Positions 49,223 to 60,450 of a stretch of 64,000 bases of DNA are shown in pieces (position 1 is the first letter of the stretch; each line of letters begins with the position of its first letter). A model generated the notes under the pieces. That model was not told the DNA's origin. It did not search any database and saw only the letters and a list, made by a program, of their open reading frames with translations. Source of the stretch: Chrysemys picta bellii. Its lineage: Eukaryota. The stretch covers positions 11,532,001-11,596,000 of the forward strand of contig NC_088805.1 in assembly GCF_011386835.1 (NCBI RefSeq), written 5' to 3'. The position numbers were made by a program, and so were the translations under genes.

Positions 49223-50296
49223 TGCTGCTGTCCAAGAAAGTTCTGTCTCCTGGTTTTCATTTGCTTTTTGTTTTGCTGCTATAGTTTAAGTATTTAAGCT
49301 TGAACAGACTAAATCCATGTTTCTAGGCCTTGAGGGGGGGAAACTATAGATATCCACTTTTTTTTTTCTAGCACCTTTAATTGGTTTATACAAAATCAAA
49401 GTATTAAGAGAAACTGGAACCTGGCAACTTTAGCCAAGGTTTCCAGTTTGTGCCAAGTCAGCTCTTTTGGCCCATCAGCAGTTTGAATGTGTTTTACTGC
49501 CAGTTTTTTTGCAATGTGGTGTCATGTCATTCAAAAAGCAGAGAAGCTGTACTCTCCCTATGAGTGTGTGTATCGTGAGGAAACAGTACACAAGATCTGG
49601 CAGTAGGTGCAGTTAGCTGTAAAGCAAAATCCTTTTTCTTAGCAAGTGCAGTTGCCTCCCACTGGAAACAGGCAATACTGAAGAGGTTCTTGTTTCTAGA
49701 TCATAGTAGGAAGGAGGGTTCTTACTTTTTAAAATGACAGGAGTAGCCGTTACTAACACATTCTGGTGCCTAAGGACTAGATCTAGAGTGGGAATAAAGT
49801 CGATCCTCATTACCAAATTCAAATTACAATACATACAGGACTCTCTGCATTTCAGAATGAATGTCAGGGAATGACTTTGTTATAGTACAAAGCAGCTATG
49901 TTACTGTGTTAACATGGATGTAGTAAGACTGATATTTTAGCCAGCATAGGTTACAAAGAGAATTTCTTTGCCTCCATGATTTGGAGCAAACATTCCACCC
50001 TAGAGTCTTTAACTATGCTGGGTGGGTTTTCTGAGATCAGATGAATAAGTGGTATCTAAAATCTGCAGAATTAACCCCACAGCAAGGAGCCAGGCTGTCC
50101 TGTCCTGTCCTGGGGGAACAGGGACCTTGTTCTGCTTTGTGCAGGGATGCAAGTTGGATTGTACTAGGCTCATCTTACTATAAACCTTTTTCTCCCCTCC
50201 CCACCCACTTTTTTTTTTTTTATTGGAGCGGTTTCATTCTGCACTGCCTGTGGTTTAATTTGAAGCTAATGCATTAATTGGTGTGGATTTTCATTA

Positions 50297-50350
50297 AATA
50301 AAATGAACAGTAGGTGTAATGTACCAGCAAAGGCAAACAGTTGCAATAAA
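50297..50350 (+). terminator. RNF10: RNF10 polyadenylation signals (AATAAA at 50297 and 50345; another at 49793)
   Basis: AATAAA hexamers about 1.1 kb after the stop, in U/A-rich context. Confidence 0.55.
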
Positions 50351-50815
50351 TCATATGCACAATTGGAATTGTAGTGCTGGGGGAGGGGCAGGAGTCCTTC
50401 CTCTGCTGTACTCTATCCCATTTGTTAAGGCTTGTTTTGGAAAGAGTTTTTAATGTAACTTTTGCAGTTAAGCTGAGTAGCCACTACCTGAAAAAGAAGA
50501 TCCCCTTTACCAACTGGCTGTAAAGGAAAAGAATGGGGCTGTGTCCTTTAGCTTGCAGGCCTTCCTTATAAAACAGCAGCTTTAAGTTCAACTATCCCAA
50601 ATCCCAAGGCCTCTTACCTTTTTTCATTTGGATATGCCAAAGGATTTACTATGCAGTGAGCTTTTCTCACCCTAAGAAAAGGGGAAGATTAGATTCGTAA
50701 TATGCTAGAGAGAAGGTCTGGCACCTTATTCAGACTTTGATAAGAATTACATCCTGCCCCTTTTAGTTCTTCCTTGGTATCACAATATCCCTCTGCCAGA
50801 CTTCTGTTTTTCTAA

Positions 50816-51397
50816 TAACATAAGACTGGCCATACTAGGTCAGACCAAAAGCCCATCTAGCCCCCTAGCCCCTCTTCTGACAGTAGCTAATGCCACAATG
50901 CCCTCAGTGGGCATGAACAGAACAGGTAATCAAGTGATCCATCCCCTGTTGCCCATTCCCAGCTTCTGGCAAACAGAAGCTAGGGCTAGCATCCCTGCCC
51001 ATCCTGGCTAACAGCCAGTGATGGACACATCCTTCATTAATGTATTTAATTTTTTTTTAAACCCTGTTATAGGCTTGGCCTTCACAACCTCTTCTGGCAA
51101 AGTTCCATAGGTTGACTAGGTGTTGTGTGCAGAAATACTTGTTTTTTAAACCTGCTGCCTCTTTTCATGTGGTGGCATCCTAGTTCTTGTTAGAGTGTAA
51201 ATAACACTTCCTTATTACTTTCTCCACATCAGTCATTTTATAGGCCTCTATCATATCTCCCCTTAATCATCTCTCTTGCCAGCTGAAAAATCCCCATGTT
51301 GCTAATCTCTCCTCATATGGAAGCTATTCCATACCCCCTAATAATTCTGTTGCCCTTTTCTGAACTGTTTCCAATGCCAGTATTTTTTAAGATGGGA
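50816..51397 (-). mobile_element. CR1 3' fragment between the RNF10 and POP5 3' ends
   Basis: Reverse-complement tail aacataagactggccatactaggtcagacc...; similar to 10206-10908. Confidence 0.8.
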
Positions 51398-52509
51398 CTA
51401 AAAGTAAACTTTTCTATAAACCTGGCTGCTTTATGAAGGCCTGAAAATGTCCAACCTACCCATTCCTTTGCAATCCATTTTATTTATCACTAACTAGGCA
51501 TCTCTCCATCTGACCTAGAGCAAACTGCGCTTTGTTTACACTAGGACTCAACTGAAAACATTCCACTACTTGCTCTTGCAGCTAAGAGAAACTTCAACAG
51601 CCAGGTTGCATGGAATAGTTTTGGTCTAGAGAAGGTGCTGGCAGCTCCCTGAAGCCTTGTCTCTATTACCTCTTCTAGTTGAGGAGCTGAACTAGTTCAA
51701 TGATGGGAAAACCTTTTTGTGGGGGGGGGGGAATGGGATTGGTATAAAACGATTTTTTTTTTTTTTACACCAACTCCTATTCTTTCCTGACTCCTATGAA
51801 TATTAACTCTGATTTGTGATGCCCTCTACACTGGGTGTTTTTGCAGTCTAAACCTTACTGTTAAGATTCCATAGATACTGGGGGGAAAAACACATTTTTT
51901 GGGAGGGGGCCTCATTCTCCTACCAGTAATGGTGTACCTTTCCTCAGTAGTGTGAATTAATACACAAGCACACCTCAATCAAAACCCAGAGGTAGGTATT
52001 CGTGTTTTGTTGAGGGTAGTAGAGCAGTTGCTCAGACTTATTCTTTGACAGTTAAAAACAGGTTAACCATAGCCTACAAAAGCAGGGCAATATATTGAAC
52101 CATCCTCAAAGAAATAGCTTCTCTGGCATACTAAGTCAGTTTCATCTCTTCTATTAAAAAAAGTAAGCCTGATCCAGTACTAGGATATGATTCCCATAGC
52201 TGGGTGTAGTTGGAGGCTAACTTAGAGAAGTCCTTGGACCTGTTTTTAAAAAAAATAACTCTGCTATCCTTCAAATAAATCCTATTGCTAATAGGTTGCT
52301 TATGTCTCCCATGCCATTAAAAATCCAGCCAACCTACTACCCTTCCTCTACTATACAACCTGGTGAAAGCCACCACTCCATTTCCTCCTCTTGGCTTGAA
52401 GAGATGCAGACTCTTGCTTAAATAGTTTAACTGAAGAGTGCTGTAGTTGAATTTTTTAAGGCTGCTGCACAGTGATTTTTACAAGAAAGCAATGTATCTT
52501 ACTCTTCGC

Positions 52510-52515
52510 TTTATT
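52510..52515 (-). terminator. POP5: Candidate POP5 polyadenylation signal
   Basis: tttatt on plus = AATAAA on minus, about 155 nt after the stop. Confidence 0.55.
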
Positions 52516-52668
52516 TCCACAAAATCAAATATATGTTTAAAAAAAGGTGGGGCACGAGATGCCTTGAATCTTATCTGCTCAGCATAGGGCAGAAAGCCTG
52601 GGACATCTTTTAACTGCAAGTTATCCGCTTGTCTCACAGAAGGCATTGCACTAGTTTTAGGTTTATGT

Positions 52669-52778
52669 TCAGTCTGTCTCTGCACAGTCATCTTCTTCAT
52701 CCCCACTTTGAGACTGCTCCTCCTCCACTTCCTTAAGGCAACAGCTTAACACTGACTTCTGGATGGACTGTCTTTCCT
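52669..52778 (-). CDS. POP5: POP5 exon 5 (last coding)
   Basis: EERQSIQKSVLSCCLKEVEEEQSQSGDEEDDCAETD*. Confidence 0.92.
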
Positions 52779-55078
52779 CTGCAACAATGAGGATGAGGCA
52801 CACAATTAAAAATGTCACTATTCAACATGGCTTCACATAGAGGGAAGTACAAGAAGTTCACTTAGCTACACTGACCACCTGAGGAGCCCAGCTCTACCAA
52901 ATAACCAGACTGACAGGAGAGAAATGAAACACATGCATCATACAACATAACACAAAGTCCATGTGTAACAGGGCCCCTTTTAGAATGTATGAATGGAGCA
53001 GCTGCTTACCTTCACTGGTGCAGTTGTGCAATAGCAGCAGCAGCTGTTTCCTATTGTACTGAACAAGGAACTTCTGACATGTTCTTATTGTCCCTGTTGG
53101 AGAAACAAGTGCACAAGTTCTGTATGTTAGCAGAGGGCTGAAACAAATTAAATGCAACAAAGCAGGGCAAGAGTCCATTTTAATGCTGTGACAATATGTT
53201 CTCCCTACTCATGCAGGAAGTGGGAATGTAGTGGATCAAACAGCAAGAACATCACAGGCTATAATCAGAGAGCCATGTTAGTCTGGATCTGTACGAAGCA
53301 ACAGAGTCCTGTGGCACCTTTAAGACTAACAAATGTATTGGAGCATAAGCTTTCGTGGATGAATACCCACTTCATCAGACGCATGCTTATGCTCCAATAC
53401 ATCTGTTAGTCTTAAAGGTGCCACAGGACTCTGTTGCTTTTTACAGGCTATAATATTAATCAGCTACTGAACTAGTGCTGAATAATAAGGAAATAACTCT
53501 TATTATTCCTCCAGCCTTCCCTCCCTGTTTGAAACTTCTTGACAGAGACTCAGTTGCCACTTTGCTACACTTGAGATTTGATCAAAACAGCTCCCTGATG
53601 GCAGATTACCAAATTGTGATGGGGGTGGCAAGCTCTTTGCTGTAAAGTAGTGAAGTTGGGAGAATAAAGTTACATCTGCAAAGTAGAAGGGCTTTTTCTT
53701 TTAAAGCGGTAGCAGTATAATGAACAGATGAGTGACTAACTCGGCATAATGAAAAAAACAGCAGAGCTTGTAGAGAGGCCATAGCAGAATGAAGAATGTC
53801 TTAGCTTTAGGATGACCTATTTAAAGCCATTAAAAGTGAGTTTGTACTAGCCTCAGTGAGGCATTACATGGCCTTCATCTGTCATATAACGGGAAAAATA
53901 TTAAATAAGTGAGGGCTCTTCCCTCCTAATCATTACAAGAGTAATAAGAAATTCAAGATCTCAAAGTTCTGAGATGTTGCTGCACTAGGAGGAATTAGTA
54001 AGACATGCCACAGGCCACCAAAGAAAAGCTCTTGAAAACCTTACCTCCAACATGTAGTGTGTTGAAGAAACAGGAATAACGCTGGTTCCTGTTCTCTAAG
54101 TAAGTGACAAAGGGAAGAGCTGACCAGAGGAGCCTGTAGAAGTCCTTTCGGCAACGCAAGAGAACTATGCCTGTATAGGCATTGAGATATTTCACTAGGT
54201 ACATAGAACAACTGATTAGAACAATTGATCTCTCATTGCACACTTGAACATTAGATCGTATTTCAGAAATTCTGGTTTACAGAACCTGAGGTTCCAAGTA
54301 GCTTATATTGAAGCAAAACTTTAAATGTTTTCCAGAGCTAATTCTACATAGTTGCTGGCTATGTCGCCACAGAATGAAAGGCTGTAGGAGACTAGACATA
54401 GCAAGGGTTTATGCTGATTTTTCCTAAACCTCATTACGTGGCAGCCACTGGCCTCCAGTCAGGAGGATGGATACGACAACGCACTGCACTTTCGTCAGGG
54501 AATGCTAGAATGGAAAAACTGCCACGAGCACAGGGAGTGCACTTTAATCTCTTTTAAGCCCCAGGCAGTGCTTTGGGAACTGGGGACGAAAGGCCCATTC
54601 CGGATCGGACCGTGCTTAGCACATAGGGGCTGTCCAGAAATGACACACATTGGTTGATGATTTTTCAAGACTCATTCACCCCTTGTAACACTCAAACAAA
54701 CACCCCGCGCCCTGCGCCCAGTGATTGATGGGCAACCCCCCACCCGTCTCTGGCGTGCGCGCAGTACTCCGAGAAATGGTGTCCGGCCCCGCCTGTGGGC
54801 CTAGCCCGGGGGTCGGCACCCGCGGAGGCGGGAGCAGGGGAAGGTGGAGACCTGTGAAGGAGATGGAGCAGCAGGCCAGCCCGTAGTCCCCGTGGGTCCG
54901 GGCAACGGCATCCTTCGCCGCAGCGCTCACCGCCCGCTCGTCGATGCACTGCCGGCAGCGGGGGTCTTCCGAGACGATCTCACACAGCAGGTACCTGCAA
55001 CCCAAAGCACCGCGTTAGGGGGGAACGGGGAGTGACCGAGCGGAGATCTCACCCTCACCTGTGCTTGAACCGCACCAT
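52669..55078 (-). CDS. POP5: RNase P/MRP subunit POP5, complement join(55059..55078,54852..54994,54045..54194,53010..53093,52669..52778), 168 aa
   Basis: MVRFKHRYLLCEIVSEDPRC...[17 protein letters not shown]...[26 protein letters not shown]...EERQSIQKSV, acidic tail. Five GT-AG exons, 507 nt in frame. Confidence 0.97.
53010..53093 (-). CDS. POP5: POP5 exon 4
   Basis: [28 protein letters not shown]. Confidence 0.95.
53296..53439. mobile_element. Fold-back Penelope pLTR remnant in POP5 intron 3 (55-bp inverted arms)
   Basis: Arms 53296-53350 and 53385-53439 differ by one mismatch and enclose a hammerhead core. Confidence 0.8.
53343..53382 (-). ncRNA. Minimal hammerhead ribozyme motif, intact core, sense to POP5 pre-mRNA
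   Basis: Minus strand GCGU-CUGAUGA-A-GUGGGU-AUUC-AUCCAC-GAAA-GC-UU-AUGC; stem II 6 bp, stem I 4 bp, palindromic AGCU helix III. Confidence 0.65.
54045..54194 (-). CDS. POP5: POP5 exon 3
   Basis: [50 protein letters not shown]. Confidence 0.95.
54852..54994 (-). CDS. POP5: POP5 exon 2
   Basis: YLLCEIVSEDPRCRQCIDERAVSAAAKDAVARTHGDYGLACCSISFT; weak donor CAG|GTCTCC. Confidence 0.9.
55059..55078 (-). CDS. POP5: POP5 exon 1 coding part
   Basis: ATG GTG CGG TTC AAG CAC AG|GTGAGG. Confidence 0.93.
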
Positions 55079-55630
55079 CTCCTCCTTGTCCTTCGGCCGC
55101 GCGCCAGCCTCCCCGGGACGCCGAACCAGACAGACACTCAGCTCAGCCAATGGGAGTGTCGTCTCTGGGCACTACAGCCAATCGGCATTCGGCAGGGGCG
55201 GAACCGGAGGGTCAAGAAACACCGCGAGGGAGCGGCGCGCGCGCATACCCGCACATTACGTCCTCGTGCGCAAGGCTTTGAGTGGCGCGCGCGGCTCCAG
55301 GCAACTGCTGTTTGCCCTCTTCCTGCTGGCGGCACGCGGCTGGCTGGTAGCTCAGGGACACTCGTCGGCGGATAACCGCCCCTCCCCCCATTCACCGCGG
55401 GGTCCCTGCGGCTGCCCGGGCAGGGCCTCGTAGCACGGCCCCGGCCTTCACGCTCCCGCCCAAGGACCCACCTGCAGCGTTAGCCCCACGCGGTGGCAGC
55501 AGAGCATCGCGCAGCGCCCCACGCCTACCGGGTTCCCCCATCTGCCCAGCCTCCTCCGGCCAGGGCGAGCCGGGGCAGGGCGGGCTGGTTGGCTGGCTTG
55601 ACTAAGGTCCCGTCAGACCCCTGTCCCTGC
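55079..55630 (-). promoter_or_regulatory. POP5: POP5 CpG-island promoter
   Basis: CpG-rich; CCAAT at 55147 and 55178, GC boxes, GCGCGCGC tracts. Confidence 0.7.
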
Positions 55631-55869
55631 CCCCGCCCTTGGCCCCTCTGTCCTCATCTGCCCCCCCCCCTCCAGCCCCTGGCCTTGTTTCTCTTCCATC
55701 CTCTTCTTGGAGGCGCTTTGCCAAGCAATGACCCCTGCCCTGCTGGTGGGTGGCCCTCAGAGCTCTGCCTCCCCCAGTCACAGGCCCTCCTCCACGGTGA
55801 GAGGCTTACATCTGCACTAGGTCCCCTCCAAGGATATAGCGCTCTCAGCTCGCCCTTGGATCCCTACAC

Positions 55870-56003
55870 AGCTACGCATCCGAAGAAGTGGGCTGTAGCC
55901 CACGAAAGCTTATGCTCTAATAAATTTGTTAGTCTCTAAGGTGCCACAAGTACTCCTGTTCTTTTTACGGTTACAGACTAACACGGCTGCTACTCTGAAA
56001 CCT
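55870..56003 (+). mobile_element. Penelope pLTR 3' fragment upstream of POP5
   Basis: gcatccgaagaagtgggctgtagcccacgaaagcttatgctctaataaatttgttagtctctaaggtgccacaagtactcctgttcttttt...acacggctgctactctgaaacct. Confidence 0.75.
55876..55915 (+). ncRNA. Minimal hammerhead motif with CCGAAGA core variant
   Basis: GCAU-CCGAAGA-A-GUGGGCU-GU-AGCCCAC-GAAA-GC-UU-AUGC; stems perfect, U4 replaced by C. Confidence 0.5.
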
Positions 56004-58093
56004 ACACAGCCACTGTTGTCCATTCACCTTCTGAAAGACTCTTGCCATATCCCATGTATGTGAGGGGGTGAGTGGAACCCCCCCATCGCAGTGGAGCGAG
56101 AAGACCTTGGTTGAAAAATGAACTAGAGAAGAGCAAAGGGGAGTAAGAGCACAAGGGTGTGAAAGATGGTGATGAGAGTCTGGGACAGAGAGGGGAGAAG
56201 GGAAGACTGAAGAGAGAGAGGACAAATCAGTAAGGAACAATACTGTGAAGGAAAAAGACATGGAAATGGAGAGAAGCATGAGTATAGAGGAAACACTTGG
56301 CTTGGAAAAGCTCAAAGAAAAGCATCAGGATAAATGAAGGAAAAGTTGAGAAGCAGGAAGGAAAGAATGAGCAAGCCCTTAGCAAGTAAGTTCTTTCCTC
56401 CAGAGAAGTTAGTTTCGTTTTCGATAAGTGATTTCATGGTGGCTTGTCTAGTTCTAGTGCAAAAAATAAAATCTGAAAATGTTTCTGGTTTTGGATGGGG
56501 AAGGGTTGGCCCCCACTGTCCTTAGATCTGATCCCACCCTTGGATTGGCATGGATTTCTCACTCTATCCACTTATTTTCTGATAAAGGTGAAAGTTAAGG
56601 CAGCCTTCAGCTCTTTTCTTGGTAATGGAGTTTGGGCAGCCACTGGGGGTCAAAAACACATGGTCCCAGAACTGGTCCTTGGAACTTTAGGATTTTTGTG
56701 TCCTCACTCTGGGAAACTACGGGAATTTATGTAAAGCAAGTTTCCCTAATCCCAATTTGTCCAACATGTAAGTAAAGTTCCAAATGCATGGTGGATGGTT
56801 AGTGAAAGGATTTCTGAAAGAGTAGAAGCCTGGGGCTTGGCGCAGTTTGGATTTGAGGGGGGTGAATCTTCTGCTGTGTTGCTGTGTGATAGGAACCTCA
56901 TGTTCTGTTCAGACATAGTGGTGACACCAGTTTGGGATGAAGATAGTGAAAAGCCAAAGGGGTCTCAAATGAAGACATGTCCAAGTCATTGAAACCGAAC
57001 CCAGTGTCAGGGAAAGAGGCTTAGTGTGAGTTCCACTGTGATGTGTGAAGTGGATGGGGCCAGGCAGTGAGCACTGTGGCAATCAATGCAGTATGGGTGG
57101 TACTGGGCAGGGAGCTTGGTAGTTCCAAGTCACAGGCATATATGGGTGGCATAGGGTAAGGAGGTCAGTGGCCCCAAGCAATAGGCACTGGGTATAAATG
57201 GTCTTGGGCAGGGAATTCTGTGACCCTGAGTGATTGGATTGGGCACTGGGCATGGATTGCATTGGACAGGTTGCTCTGTGGCTCCAGGAAATGGCCGCAG
57301 TGTGAATGGCACTGAGTGGGGTGTTTACAGTCCTGAGTGATAATTGCTGAGTGGGGTACTCCATGGCATTGAGCAATGGGTGGATGTGGATGGTATTGGA
57401 CAGGGAATTCCATGGCTCCATTGATGGGTGAAGTGTGGTTGGCTTCTCTGTGGCTTTCCTTTGTTTTGCATTAAACCCACTAAAGGATTCATTATTCAAA
57501 GGAGATTGAGGGGTACCATGCTTTTACTGCAGGAGCCAGGCGTTGCTCTGGCACTGTCACAAAATTGCTGGTACAGAGGAGGAGACATTGTCATTGCAGG
57601 TTATACTGATAAAGAACCGAACAGAGACTTGCCATCTGGTTGCAATTCCTGTTGGGTGACAGGGAGGGTTTGGCTTTGAAGGGATCCCAGCCAGCTCCCC
57701 AACTTGTATTGCTTTGCGCCTGTAGAGCTGCCAAGTTCCAACTCAAGATCCTGCCTGTTACGCTTCCCACAATCCAATTGCCCTTTAAATTTAACGGAAT
57801 CAGAACAAGAACATAAAGTAACAGCAAGACGCTCCAGTTAGCACAGTGAGCAAGAGGGTCCTTTATTCATAAACTACATTCAGCCCCACTCCATTTTCAG
57901 ATTCCATCTCCAACCAACTCCATTTCCAACTGCTGCCAATACCTTAGTCCCTTGTGTTCTCTGCCTGTGGCACATAATAGTTTGTCTTCTGAGAGCTGTA
58001 ATACTTTTGTCTAATTTTGGTTGTTGGGTTTGCTGTGGGAGTGGCTGGGTGGTGTGTAGTGGCCTGTGGTATATACAGGCAGTTGGCCTAGAT

Positions 58094-58503
58094 CAGTGGC
58101 TCTCAACCTTTCCTGATTACTGTACCCCTTTCAGAAGTTTGATTTGTCTTGCATACCCTCAAGTTTCACCTGACTTAAAAACTACTTGCTTACAAAATCA
58201 GACATAAAAATACAAAAGTCACAGCACACTATTACTGACAATTTGCTTGTTTTCTCATTTTTACCATATAATTATAAAATAAATCAATTGAAATATAAAT
58301 ATTGTACTTATACTTCAGTGTATAGTATATAGATCAGTATAAACAAGTAATTGTCTATATGAAATTTTAGTTTGTACTGACTATGCTAGTGCTTTTTATG
58401 TAGCCTGTATTAAAACTAGGCAAATATCTAGATGAGTTGATGTACTCCTGGGAGACCTCTGTGTACCCCTAGGGGTACACGTACCCTCTGTTGAGAACCA
58501 CTG
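58094..58503. mobile_element. hAT (Charlie-type) MITE inserted in a CR1 tail
   Basis: TIR CAGTGGCTCTCAAC / GTTGAGAACCACTG; perfect TSD gcctagat. Confidence 0.85.
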
Positions 58504-58537
58504 GCCTAGATGATTTGGTGGTCCCTTCTGCCTTAAG

Positions 58538-59155
58538 CAGGGCCGGTGCAACCACTAGGCGAAGTAGGCGGCCGCCTAGGGCGCCTAGTGGTTGAGGGCG
58601 CCTAAAAGCCCGCTCAGGCGAGGAGGTGGAGTGGAGGTGAGCTGGGACGGGGGGGGGGGGGGCACGGGGAGGGCTGCCCGCAGTAACGGGGGGGGCGCAC
58701 AGGGGAACTGCTCCCCGCCCCAGATCACCTCCATTCTGCCTCCTCCGCTGAGCACACAGCCCCCGCTCTAATTCTCCTCCAATCGGCACCGCAAGCCTGG
58801 GAGAGGAGGAGAATTAGAGCGGTGCTGGCATGCTCAGCGGAGGAGGCGGAGCAGAGGTGATCTGGGGCGGGCTCCCCGGGTGGGGTTAGCTGCCGCAGAG
58901 GGGGGCAGCGGGCGGATTTAGCTGCTGTGGAGCGGGGCTCCCCCGGCGGGGTTAGTTGCAGAGGGGGGTTAGCTGCTGCGGGGAGGGGCTCCCCAGGCAG
59001 GGGGGGCAGCGGGCTCCCCAGGTGGTGGGCGGGGTTAGCTGCCGCGACTGGTGGGGTTATCTGCCACGGGGGGGAAGGGGCGGGTTAGCTAGGTGCGGGG
59101 GTGGCACAAGGTGGAAGTTTCGCCTAAGGTGCGAAACTTCCTTGCACCGGCCCTG
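58538..59155. mobile_element. GC-rich hAT (Tip100-like) non-autonomous element
   Basis: Perfect TIR CAGGGCCGGTGCAA / TTGCACCGGCCCTG; perfect TSD gccttaag; internal inverted repeat about 58722-58862. Confidence 0.85.
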
Positions 59156-59824
59156 GCCTTAAGCTCTGTGTCTAGTCTTTGAAACTCAGATACACAAGAC
59201 GTTTCAGTCTTAGATTTCAGTCTTTGGTTTGACAGCCAATGGCAGCAATGGCAGCACATCTGGTAATACAGCAAAATAATTCCCATTTCTCTCCTGTTTC
59301 CTCTGCTCCCCAGGCTGCCTGCTGTGTATCCTGGTGGCTTCATACAAGAGAAGCTTACTGCTTCCTTCTGAGAGAGACAATTGGCTGAGCAAGTAGAGTG
59401 GGAGGAAGGCAGTGTCCTGTGGCTTCTATTTCCCTGTCTGCCTGGGCCTGTGGGGAACCTCATTTACACTTCAAAATCTGCTTGTCTGTGCTTGTGCTAC
59501 TGATCTGCAGACACAAAAAGATGCTTCTCTGCCATTCACCCTCTCTTCACTAAGTCCAGATTGGGCTGCACAAAGCCTGGAAGTTTCATAAAAGACTGAG
59601 GAGTGAGATGGCTCCACAGGACATCGCACATGAGTCACCCGTATCTATCGCCCTCGTCTTGCCCTCCCCTGTATGCAGCCTTTGGGCCTCTGTCCTTTTG
59701 CTGCTACCATCAAACACTCTCTTAATGATTAATACAAAGATAACTAGTTTGAGTTGGTACTGAAGGCAGTGAATGATGGATCCTGCAAGCTTTATCCTGT
59801 CACCTATTAAAGCTAATGGGAGTG

Positions 59825-60450
59825 TGTCACAGTTCCCACTTTAACTGTGCCTCTGACCCCATCATGGCCTTCTTGAGGGCACTGCACTTAGGTCTCAGGC
59901 CTCCAGCTGTCACCTTTCTCTGGGTGGGATCCTGCAATCATCTTCCTCTAGACCAGGAACTTAGGTGTCAAACTCCTGTAATTCACAGTGATCACCTCAG
60001 ACAATCTGACTTCAGCTCAGCACCTGCAGTTTTGCTCTTTCAGGGACAGGATTTATTCAATGACCAGCCAGCTCTCGTGAAGCAAAGTACTGTTTATTCA
60101 GAACAAAAGAATTTAAGAGAAAACCGATCATAAAAACAATAATCAGCATCTTTTGCTTACCAGGTGGTCATCCATCTCACACATGGAGACTCTGGTAGGG
60201 CAGATGTACTTTGACCTTCTCACAGAGCCTGCCTCTGTTGGTAACAGACCGTTGCCTGAGCAAGTCCTCCACAGGGCTAGATGCTGTGGAGAACATTTTG
60301 TAATGACTAGAAGGGGATTTCCACGCCACTACATCCATGGTTGGATCTTTCCATTTCCAGTCCAGAGCTGGCTGTGATGTGGGGAGACCCAGAGCTAGTG
60401 ACACAGACTATCAATGCTGTCTCCAACACGCTTTGTGGAACATGCCTGTA
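59825..60450. mobile_element. Possible LTR remnant (right boundary uncertain)
   Basis: Begins tgtcac and resembles turtle Gypsy-type LTRs in composition; no TSD found. Confidence 0.3.
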
